DNA of 64,000 bases. Source: Rhynchopus sp. YZ270_cl-10 (Eukaryota). The notes beneath the pieces are model-generated. The model made no database searches. It saw nothing but the letters and a program-made list of their open reading frames with translations, and had not been told where the DNA came from. A program made the position numbers and the translations under genes. The stretch spans positions 2,356,001-2,420,000 of the forward strand of contig OZ037833.1 of NCBI GenBank assembly GCA_964035575.1, in the 5' to 3' direction. Each line of letters opens with the position of its first letter. Positions within the stretch are counted from its first letter, which is position 1. Positions 35,403-46,200 of this stretch are shown here, in pieces.

Positions 35403-38018
35403 CCTAGGGAAGCGAGGGGAGGGTCGGTTTGCACTCTTTTTGCGGTGGAATAATTTTATGGTGTGGCTGAATGGGAGGGGGGGTGCACAACGTATGCAAG
35501 AACTGCGCATCACCCCCCCCCCTTCACGCCACACCAATGATGACATTTTTTATAATATGGTTCTACAGTGTTTCCTGCGTTCTTCCAGCGTTTTCTAGGG
35601 AGGGTGGAATAATTTTTTCCCGCAAACCCCTTTTTGCAAAAAAATTTTTGGACGGCATCTGTTCCATTTTTTCTTTAAATAAGTGTAACAAATTTTCTAA
35701 CAAAAAAAAGCAAAACAAAACAACAAAAAGTTCACCCCATCAAGTAGATCCACCTAGTCTAGTCGGAGAAGGGTGTGGTATGAGGCCAGGCTGTCAAGCC
35801 CCTTTCCCTCATTCCCCACAGCCCCCCCTCCCCTCCCCCTTCTCTCTCCAATTTCCAAAAGTGCACGGCTTTTTTAAAGTGACCAAGCGCAGGCTTAGGA
35901 TCACATTAAGCGTATTGTGCTTTATTTTAGTCAAAAACCCCCCTCTCTAGTGGCTGTATTGTGATAATTGCCCTTCACAGTACATACCCATTACAATGCG
36001 ATGGTGGGCAGTTCTCACAATATAGCCACCACCACCCTCCTTTTGCTCCCTCAATGTAGTAGTAGCTGTCCATAGGTCTAGTTGGAGAAGGTGTACAATG
36101 TGTACGTGTGAGGCATACTCATCTTGGTTCAGAACCTTGTGCTTTCAAAAACTATTGTCTTTTTCTCAAAGTAAACGTTGCACTCTTGGGTTTATAATTT
36201 TTTGTCAAATTATGTTTACAAATGTTTACAATGAAGAGTGCAACAACAAAACCCGGTGTGGGATGGAGGGGAGTATTTGCACTGTCAAAACAGAAAAAAG
36301 CCTCACACCTAATATAAAAAAACACGGTGGATTAGTCAGGGGGACTAGTAGTTACGCTAGGAGTGCCTCTGACTAGTCTGTCGTGAAGATATGGACACCC
36401 CAGACACCCCCTCTGGTGGTGTTCAATTCAACGCGAATTAAATTGCGACCTTTTAAAAATGGTATCAATGTGAGTTGCAATTGTACCTACAGTCCTTGAG
36501 ATAACCTGGCAACGCGCGGTTTTTTAAAGATGACTAAACACGAGAGGCTTAGGGTCATCTTCTAAACTTTTCTTTTATTTGTTCAGACGATTCAACAACT
36601 GGAGGATCGGTGCTGCGTCCACAGAGGCGTTTTGCACTTCCAACTTTCATATTATTATTGACGCTGTCAAGCCCAAAGACAATACCCATGATTCGGTACT
36701 TAATTTCCTCCTTTTTTTTGAAAACTTGGTTGTATTAGTGTAGACACCCGAGGATGAACTCCACTATATTTTTTTTTGTTAATCCTCTACTGGCTTCCTT
36801 GCAAGCCAACCATTGATCTCAGATTACCAAGAATTTCCCTTGAAATTCCCGAAGTCGACCAATTTTGTCTGCGTTTTGACGAAAAAAACACACTAAATTG
36901 TCTTTAACGAGTTAGATAGTGAGGGGGCTTCTTCACCATGAGGATAGCACCTTTTGTTTCTGCTTGCTGACTCAGTTGTGTATGGGGAATATAAAGTCTG
37001 GCGTTTCCGTATCTTAGGAGCGATCTGTTATGCACACCGCTCCGTGCATTGGCTAGGTGACAATGTTCACTCTTGCGCTCTCTTTTGTTGTTTTTACTTC
37101 AGAGGTCTTTTTTGTGATCAAGGTGACTAAACAGAGGCTTTAGATTCATCGTCGTTCTTTTTTTTTGGGTGAAGTAAGGCTTACGCCAGCTTTTCCTGTT
37201 ATTTCTCCATGAAAGAGGAACTGTTGGGCCTTAAAAAGCTGTCATTCAAAGCCTGTTTTCAGAGAAGAAGATTACCTCGCAAAAGACAGAAAAAAAAATC
37301 TGTGCGTGCAAACAAAGCCGTATCTCTGTGTCTGTGTGTTGTGCATTGCACCTCATATCCCATCCAAACCCTTTGCATCCCTCTCTTCATTGTTGTTAAA
37401 GATTAAGTCTTAGTAATAGCGTGAAAAGCGCGTCTGTGTTCGCAAACAGACGTCTTTTTGCTTACCACACAGTACCTGCATCCGCGAACGGTGACGCGTT
37501 TGCATTTTTTCAACTGCTCTTTTGTCAACGACTTTCCCTTTTTTTATGTTTTTTTTGTCGTAGATACGAGACACATTCATCACCTCCCTTCTGCCTCACA
37601 TTACCCAAACCCTTTAGTGAGAAGGTATCCTCCGAAAAACGGTCCACATTAAGTTAAGCTTTGCAACGATGTTGGCTGGACCGACGCCACTTCTTTTTGT
37701 ATTTAATCTTATTTGGTTGACTGCTTTTGGGGTAGGGTTTTGCGGGGCCACTTCTAAAATAAACTCTCAAGTAAATTGTGTAAAAAAAATATCCAAAGAA
37801 TCTCTCTGTAGTGCAACATAACAGCATAATACGAATTAACGAAAAAAAAAGAAAAATTCCCCCTTTGTTCAAAAAAAAATGAAGATGTGCTTCTCATGGC
37901 CTACACAACATTTCTTTTCCTTCCCCACACACTAAGGTCCACTGTCACGAGAGCGCTTTGTATATTCAACTTCCCCCTACTTTTTCCAGCTTCAACACTT
38001 TACACATTATTTAACACT

Positions 38019-39800
38019 ATGCTTCGCACGGTGTGTGGGGTGGTCTTATTATTGTTCACAGTGGATGCAAAAACCTGCATGCCTTCTGCTCTGCCAGGCT
38101 ATTCATGCGAGCTGTCTGTTGGTACGTCTGCTGCCGTTCACTGGCGACGTGTTGGGACCACAGTACGCTTTGCTCTTGCCGCTGAGTGCGATGGTTATGT
38201 GAGTCTTGGCTTTGGCCAGAGGATGGTCGGGTCTGAGGCTGTGCTCGGCTACGCCACTCCAGGTGGAGAGGCAACGTCGATTGCTGTCTACCGACTGGAT
38301 GGAACCTCATCTGAAGAGGTTGTCCCCATTGAGGTGCCCTGGTTGGTGCAGGATTCAGCCAAGCTCATTCAACAGGGAGGGACAACGATACTCGAATTTG
38401 AGAGGAGAGGCGTTTCTGCTCTTGACACAACCATGTCGGTGATAGTTGCGTACCATGCCAGGGCAAGACGTGCCGCGTACCATGGGAATACTCGGTCCGT
38501 GGAGAGTCTCGATATCTCAGTTGTGGAGGATGTGGATGGTGATACCGAATCGCCAGTAGAGGCATCCTCGCAGCCTGCAGTGCTGTGCACACCGAGTACG
38601 TTGCTGACAAAGGCCGGTGTGCTCTATCAATGTGCAAAGGGTTTCAATAATGATGTGACCCTGCATTGGACGCTAGGCAGCAGAACGGAGTTTGCGGTGC
38701 AGAGTGTGCACAGCGGCTATCTGGCGATAGGGTTTGTGAGCAATAAAGGGTCCATGGTTTGTGTCCTTGTTTTTGTTGTTGTATTTGAGTTTTATGAAAA
38801 TATTTCGTAGAAATGGAAAAAAAACCATACAACAGGGCCCCGGTGTTGCGTTGATAGCGACAACGTCTGCAGGGAGGTACACTATCGGCAGTGGACGGAC
38901 AGCTGCCGATGTCGTGCCTTCTGTTGGTGTTCTTGAGGTACGTTCATCTACAAAGGGTACACACACAACACAACTTTTCAGGAAATCAGCGATATCCAGT
39001 TAGATACACACAACGGCACACGCATTATGTCTTGGGTGGACAGCAGTGTCACGACTGGGTCGGGGACGGATGCGCTTGCACTGTCTACGGTGTTCAGCTT
39101 CAACTATGCGTTCCACACCTCGCAGGTGTCCTTGGGATACCACAGTGGCAGGCGCTCTGTGACAGTTGACCTGGTCACAGCGGCGTCAACGGAAGACACA
39201 CAAACCGCAAGCAACAGAAAGATGCACGGTGCTGTGCAGCTCGCTGTCTGGGGCTTCGTTGTCCCTCTTTCTGTCTTATTCAAAAGGTTCGGCCCGCTCG
39301 TCTGTGCCGGGATGGTGGGTGGTTTCCCAATCCCCTTTGTGCTGCATGCGTTGCTCATGACAGCGGCTGTGGTCGCAACTGTAGCCAGTGCAGGACTTGC
39401 CCTCGCAAAGTTCGATGGGGTAGCGAAGTATGGACACAAAGAGACAGGGATAACAGTGCTCTCAGCATCGCTCCTGCAGGTGGTCATGCAAGGCGTAAAG
39501 CCGGCGGCAGAGTCTCCACACCGAGGCATGTTCCGTCTCGTGCATGTGGTCCTAGCGTTTGTCACAATGCTGCTCTCGTACACAACGATCCTGACAGGCA
39601 CAAAGAGCTTTGAAGAGGTGTATCCAGAGGATGAGAGCTTTGCGAAGCAGGTGAGAAAGGTTCTGATTGCAATGGTGATAGTCTTCGTGCTGTCGATGGT
39701 AGGGCTTCAGGTGGTCAGCCATCTCAAGAGGAAGCAGCCTGAGAAGCAGCCTGAGCCTGCACTCCCAACGGACCAAGAGGAGGAGCTTGGGAAGAAGTAG
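38019..39800 (+). CDS. DOMON x2 + cytochrome b561 protein; exons 38019-38756, 38836-38937, 38982-39800
   Basis: Third paralog. Signal peptide, two DOMON domains and b561 His set (MHG, LHAL, GHKE, VHVV). Introns 38757-38835 and 38938-38981 sit at the same positions as in the paralogs. Confidence 0.85.
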
Positions 39801-40676
39801 TGCTGTGTTTGGGACGACCCTTTGATTAAAGTTGTGTCTTCGACAAGCGTCCTGTGTCTTACGCACAGCGCGTTTCTCTAAAGCCTTATTTGTTTGTTCT
39901 GTTCATAATATATTATTTTGAAATTTGTGCTCAAAGGGCCTATCCTTTTCTGAAGCCTTTTCCAGCATTTCTCTACCTGAATTAGGGGTTGCTGCGTGTT
40001 TTTAAAAACATGCATGAAAATGCTCTGTCTTGCTGTAGGTGTTCCCAAAATTATTACTTTTCATAATGCTTTCTTTTTTATAGGTACACTGTCACGAGAC
40101 ACTTGGTTGAGCTCCACTATAAGTTTTTTTTTTTAATTCCTGAAATGTACTGTGATAAGAAGCTAGACATAAAGAAAGCCAATGATATGATCTTTGATAA
40201 CAAGTCTTTCCCTCCTGATCGCAAACATATTTTTTTACCCATTATTTGGCTGCGTTCAACGAAAGGCACTGTTTATTTTATTATCAAGATCAGTTGGTGG
40301 ATGCTCGTGTCTAGTTTTACGTAACATCTTTTAGTTGTCAGAACCAAAACATTGGAGGCGCTTTGGCCAAAAGGGGAGCTAAAAAGCTTTGTAGTTGTCT
40401 GTTTGATTCACAAATACCAACACCAATTGCAGTTCACGCTTTTTCTTTTTGTTACCCACGGCTTTGAGCGCCCAAACACACAGACCCTATCTTTTCCCCC
40501 AATGATGGAGAACGTACGGTACGTGATGCAAACAATGACAAGATTAAGCCAAATCGGTTCTGACCACAAAAACAACGTCACACCCCTTTTTACCTTCCAC
40601 ACCCCATCTCCCAGCTATTCTTCCTTCTCATCCACTCAGACAGCTCTTGGAAGACTATGTGTCAGTTCTGTGCAAA

Positions 40677-43244
40677 ATGACTGCAGTGCAGCTTTGTGTG
40701 TTGTTGTGGCTCGGTCAATGTGCATTCGCGTTGGTAGAGGTAGGCACTACCGGTAGCGGCTGTACAGGGGCACTCGAAAACGCAGATGTGCTTCAGTGCC
40801 AACAGCACGCTGTGGAGAAGGGCGTGCCGTACATTGTTGTGCAGATGATGAGCAAACCGGATGGGTGCTACGTCGTCAATGACTGCACGAGATTCAGCAT
40901 ACCTTCCGGATGCACGAATGGACAGGTGATTCGCATTGACAACACTCCTGTCACTGTGGTTGGGTCAGGGTGTGACGACGATTTATCATGTCTGTGCAAG
41001 GATACGGGAACTCCTGACCCACCTCTACCGGTCATTGCTCCTGTCATAGTGGTTGCAAAGAAGTCTGCAGATACCTGCGATGCAGTTGTCTCGGAGGCTC
41101 GCTGTCTTGAGTACGCAGTGTCCAAGGGGCTCCGCTTCGCGCCGCACCAGAGTGGCAAGGAAGCCCACGGCTGCATCGCAGCAGGCCAGTACGTCCTCTA
41201 CTCGGATGACGGCACCAAAGAGCGCTGCGGTGCCGACGAGGATATCTACGACTGCATCTGTGTGCCGGACACCCCCATACCACCAACAAACCCTCCAGCG
41301 ACGAACCCACCTCGTACGGAGGTGCCCAAAACAAACGCACCCCCGACCAACCCACCTCCTACCAACCCGCCTCCTACCGACCCACCTGCCACTAATCCAC
41401 CTACCAACCCACCTCCGACCCAGGCTCCCGCCACCACGGCGCCAGCAACAAACCCACCTGCAACGAATGCGCCTGCGACCAACCCACCTAGCACAAAACC
41501 ACCAGCCACAACTGTACCTGCGACGTTCGCCCCGAGTACATCCGCACCTTTGACAGCAGCACCACGCACAGTGTCACCGCCTACGCGTACCCCTACAGCA
41601 CTGCCCACTCGCGTACCGCTGACACTACCGCCTGCGACGGAGGAACCACCTGTGCTGCTGCCTGAACCTGTAGCGACAACCGCGCCGTCACCGTTGACGT
41701 CGGGGAAGGCGATCCCGGGTGAGGCGGGCACTGTGCTTGCGGGGATGTCCGCGGTGAGCGCGGCGAGTGCAGGGCGGTTGGCACTGCTGAGTGGGGCGGG
41801 TGACTGTGACAAGCAGCGTGAGGATGATGATGAGTACCTGCCGTGGACGCTGCACCCAACACGCCTGGTGGTCCTCGACAGCATGTGGATCGGTGCTGTC
41901 GTGGGCAACAGTGTCATTTGCTTCGGCTTTGCCCTCCTTGCATGGCTTGTCCTCGTTGCCGCACAGTTCATTGTCCCCTGCCTTGCCGAAGACGTGCGCC
42001 TTACCCTTGACACTCAAGGGCTCCTCCGCCTCCCTTCCTCCATCATTTTTGTGTTTCGTATTCTGTACCAAGGATCGTCCCTTGCGTCACTTCGTATGAT
42101 GGTCTCGCCACACCATTGGTACTATCTCATTATCGGCCTTTCCGGTGCGATTGCCTGCACGGTGGTGCCTATTATTGTGTTCTTTTCTGTGTGGCATGCG
42201 GTGCCCCACTTTGCACGGTATCGGGAGGATGAGGGGGAGATATCGTGGTTTAAGTGCTTCATGTTGGGGAGGGGGGAGTGGGTGTCGACGAAACGCAAGC
42301 GCCACTTTGTGCAACGGTACAGCACCATTCTGCGTGGGTATAAAGAGCGCTATGCGTGGTGGAGTATTGTCGACTTCTCGTCAATGTTCCTTCTCTCCAT
42401 CGCCAACGCAAGCGTACCTACCGCTCTGTCACACTGCTGTGCGTTCCGTGTCGCAACCTGCGTAATTCTTCTCCTTCTCTGCGCTGCCACCCTCGCATGT
42501 GACCCATACCACCGACCACGTGACAGAATCTTCATGCCCCTCATACTGTTAACCCAAGCAATATCCGGTGTCTTCGTCGCAGCCGGCTTCTGCAACGACA
42601 AAACATATCACACACATTCCGACGAATGGATGTTCACCGCTGCCTCCACCACGCTGTCTGTGGCTCAAATTCTTCTGATATTAAAGCTCGCATTGGACGG
42701 TCTCTGCGAAACCTTTGTGATATGCACAAAACGCAGAGAACTCCTACAGCAACGTGAATTTGAAGAATCAGAAGAAGCCTCTGAGGTGATGCGCCCCAAA
42801 GACACCACCACACCATCGAGCCAGGCCAAGGAGTCTCCCTCCGATGGATGCGCCCACGCGTTGTATGAAGTAACACAGAGCGAGCTGGATGTGAGTCATG
42901 CACACCTTCCACCGTCGGTGTCGGTTGGGGCCGACCCGAGAGGGCCGAACACCTATCATGCGCTGTCCGAAGGGACGCTTGACCAGAGTACCTCGACCAT
43001 AGTAGGGACAGCAGGGGCAGGGTCAGGACACCCCTTGGCATGGAACCGGAAGGGATACCAAGCATCGCGTCTGACGGGGAATGTGAAGCCACCGTCGTCG
43101 CGTATCATGATGCAAGTGGAGGTGGATACAGAGTTGCAAGTGCAGAACACCCCAATAAAACCAGGCAGAACAGGGCAAATGAAAGGCAGTGAATCTGCCT
43201 TCTCCACGCGGAGCGACCCACTCATGGATCATTTCTCGTTGTAG
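40677..43244 (+). CDS. surface multi-pass membrane protein: signal peptide, two Cys-rich modules, Pro/Thr mucin-like stalk, ~8-9 TM
   Basis: Long ORF with signal peptide MTAVQLCVLLWLGQCAFA, TNPP repeats and a TM block (LPWTLHP..GAVVGN..LRLPS..LYQG..GEWVS..RPRD). Paralogous to the 48760 gene. Confidence 0.85.
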   Translation: MTAVQLCVLLWLGQCAFALVEVGTTGSGCTGALENADVLQCQQHAVEKGVPYIVVQMMSKPDGCYVVNDCTRFSIPSGCTNGQVIRIDNTPVTVVGSGCDDDLSCLCKDTGTPDPPLPVIAPVIVVAKKSADTCDAVVSEARCLEYAVSKGLRFAPHQSGKEAHGCIAAGQYVLYSDDGTKERCGADEDIYDCICVPDTPIPPTNPPATNPPRTEVPKTNAPPTNPPPTNPPPTDPPATNPPTNPPPTQAPATTAPATNPPATNAPATNPPSTKPPATTVPATFAPSTSAPLTAAPRTVSPPTRTPTALPTRVPLTLPPATEEPPVLLPEPVATTAPSPLTSGKAIPGEAGTVLAGMSAVSAASAGRLALLSGAGDCDKQREDDDEYLPWTLHPTRLVVLDSMWIGAVVGNSVICFGFALLAWLVLVAAQFIVPCLAEDVRLTLDTQGLLRLPSSIIFVFRILYQGSSLASLRMMVSPHHWYYLIIGLSGAIACTVVPIIVFFSVWHAVPHFARYREDEGEISWFKCFMLGRGEWVSTKRKRHFVQRYSTILRGYKERYAWWSIVDFSSMFLLSIANASVPTALSHCCAFRVATCVILLLLCAATLACDPYHRPRDRIFMPLILLTQAISGVFVAAGFCNDKTYHTHSDEWMFTAASTTLSVAQILLILKLALDGLCETFVICTKRRELLQQREFEESEEASEVMRPKDTTTPSSQAKESPSDGCAHALYEVTQSELDVSHAHLPPSVSVGADPRGPNTYHALSEGTLDQSTSTIVGTAGAGSGHPLAWNRKGYQASRLTGNVKPPSSRIMMQVEVDTELQVQNTPIKPGRTGQMKGSESAFSTRSDPLMDHFSL

Positions 43245-46200
43245 GTTTCGGTTTTCATTTTTTTTTTTTTTGTGAAATGGATGTAGGACTGCATGTGTCC
43301 ACCCGGTACAGCCGGTCATGTACCAAGGTACACTGCCACGAGAGGTCAACTCTACTTTTTTTGTCCATTTCATGCAATGTGATGAGAAACCCAACATAAC
43401 TAAAATTCAAGTCAACGGTTGATCTCGGACAACAAGCATTTTTTTCCCTCTCGCTTTTGCGACACAACAGAATTCGACTCCTATTTGGCTTTGTCTAAGA
43501 TCAGTTGGCGGTTACTATTGTTTGGCGGGTCCTTTTTTTTTTGAGATTATGGTATGTGTACGAAAGAGACACATTTCATCTTTTTATGTTTTCTTCTTTC
43601 CCCCCAGAGATAAGGCACGCTTTGCTGCAGTGGTCATCGGATATCGTATATGCTTTCATTCCGCTCCAAAAACCAGAGGGCCTGGCAGGGTACTGATTTG
43701 GCTCACTCCCTAGCGGGTGTTATCTCCGGGGGGGAAATCAACACAGTAGGTCATTGGGTGCATGCTTCATCCAGTGCTGTATTTTTTTGTTTAGGTGGCT
43801 GAGCACGAGAGGCTCCCCAATTTTTCGTTGTTTTTCAACGTTTTTCTTTTGTCTTTGTTTGCTTTTGCGCTTCTACAAGAGCATGACGGAAACTGCTCCG
43901 CTCTCGTCTCCATCACAAGAGAACCTACAAAACATCATTTCAAGGTTCGATGACCGGAGAACCGGTGTGCCTGCGTCCACAGAGGCGTTTGCATTGGCCA
44001 AGCTTTCCACTGAATTCTAACTGCTTCTTTCACTATGTATCGATGATTCGTACCTTGTCTTTGCGTTGTGCGGGGAAAAAAAAAAAGGCAGACTGCTGAA
44101 GATACGTATCCGCTCAATTCGTGAAGTCTGTTGTGCTCATGTCCTCATTAAGTATCACTCCGTTGTGGTCTTTGTGAGGCATGTGTATCTCAGATTAGTT
44201 AACCTGGATGGGGAGGTGCCAGGCAGAACCTTGAACCCCCCTGGATTCGGGTGGAAAAAAAAAAGAAATGAATTACTGTAAATGCTTGGTAGCAGTCCTT
44301 CCTCTCTAGGGGATCCGTCATTTTGAGACCTTGGTGAAGAAGTGAGGCAACTTGGCAGAGCAAAATTGAGAGAAGAAAAAAACGGTGATTGTGGGATGGT
44401 TTGTGCATCATCCAAATGTGAGGTGGGTTTGTCAGGTCATTCTCTCGGGTGGAATTGCAGGTCCTATGATGTATAGAGCCCACCTCTTAGTGTGGAGCAA
44501 TTAGATGCAACAAGATTTGTTGAGAATGATTTTTCTGGCAAGTCAAAGACTGTCTGACACGGCAGCTGTGCTTGAAAAAAATAGGTACAACAGTCTTTGG
44601 TCAATATTGAGTACATACTTTAGTTACCCATCATGATGGGTATCGGCGGTTGTCGATATAACAAAAAGGCAATAGCAAAAAAAAACGTCTTGTGTGTACT
44701 TTCCCGTCTGCACTACATCTCAATACAAATTATTCAAAAATCCCTTTCCCAGAAGGTTATTTTTTTCTCTTCAAATACGTGTTTGTCTTAACTGCGTTTT
44801 TGCACCCTTTTCCTTTGTCTTTTCAGATGTGTGTGAACATGATATCATACCTTGTTTGTGGCATTTCCAGCTGTTCCGTGTCACGATGTTCACGTTGTTT
44901 TTTTTTTTAAACCAAATCAGATCATTTCTTTAAAACAGTACCGCCCTTAATAAGAGGCGAGTTTACTTTCAGCTTCACTTTCCCTCGATTATGTGCAACA
45001 ACCGAAGCACATTCGTCTGGCAAGTTTTTTTTTTTTTTTGTCTTCTTTCTTCTTGCCCAATGTCTTTTCTGGGTGCGCCTTTTTTAAACGTTCTTCTTTG
45101 TTGTCCGGTATTACAGTTTTCTTTCTCTTTCTCTTTTCCAACTTCAAAAAATTCTTTTCCACAAAACAAATCTGTTTTTTTTTTTTTGTGCAGTTGCCTG
45201 CGAGGCTCATCTTTGTTGATGTTTTGTTTTAAAGGTGACTAAATCACGAGAGGCTTAGGGTCATCTTATAAACTCTTTTATTTGTTTTTTTTTTTCCTTT
45301 TCACCTTTTATTCGTTTTCCCTGAGGCCTTATCTCAATGTTTAGAGTTTTGATACCACAAGAAAATATGCTCTCACGCAAGGAGAAATCCTGAACCTCGA
45401 AGTTCAGACCATCCCTCTCTCCCGGTTAACATCAAACTAAAATGCTTTTTTCGGAAAAAAAACAAAAGCCAAAGCAATACAGAGAGAGCCAGCCAATTTT
45501 TCAATATACAAACGATCTATCGATCCCTCTCTCCCGGAGTCACAAACCTGGGGTTCCACTGATCCCCCATTCGTTACCTTACCAATCGACTTGGGGGGAG
45601 AGGACATGGGGGAAGTATTGACTGCGTGCAGACCTCTTGCGTACCTGACTGTTACCAGATTTTATCAAAAAATATCATTGGGTAATGATCTGCGTATTTT
45701 GAAATTTATTTTGCCTTTGGGCGACTTAGTTGTACATAACCATAACCCATCGCTCGGATAGGGTGATCATCGATACTTTAAAACAAAACGTCTATACCTT
45801 CTGCAGTATAGAGGCTTCGGCCCGACGTTGCATGCAGATCTTTCTTTACCTTTTGATGTAACCTGATTGTTGACACACAGTAATTATAAAGAAAAAAATA
45901 TACAAAAAAAATGGCCCGTTTGTGGACAAACTGCAAACTGTTGATTATAGAGTTTGCTTGGAAGACCCCTCAGGGTATTTAGGTAGCCCTTTCTTCCTAG
46001 CACTAACGTCATTGTCTCATGATAGTGTTTCATCTCTCCAACTTTTTAAAAAAACGAGAAAGCTCATTCCCTCAGGTGACTAAGCACAGAGAGGCTTTGG
46101 TTCATCTCACAAAAACGGTTCTCGTTCAGTATATTTCAGTTTTTTGGGTTTTTTTTTTCAGGTAGGGCCTCAGATCAGAGGGCCTGTCGTGACAATATAT

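Noticed and set aside
43378..43390. C/D-box snoRNA from GTGATGA (also TGATGA at 59350)
   Set aside because: No matching CTGA D box with a terminal stem at a suitable distance.
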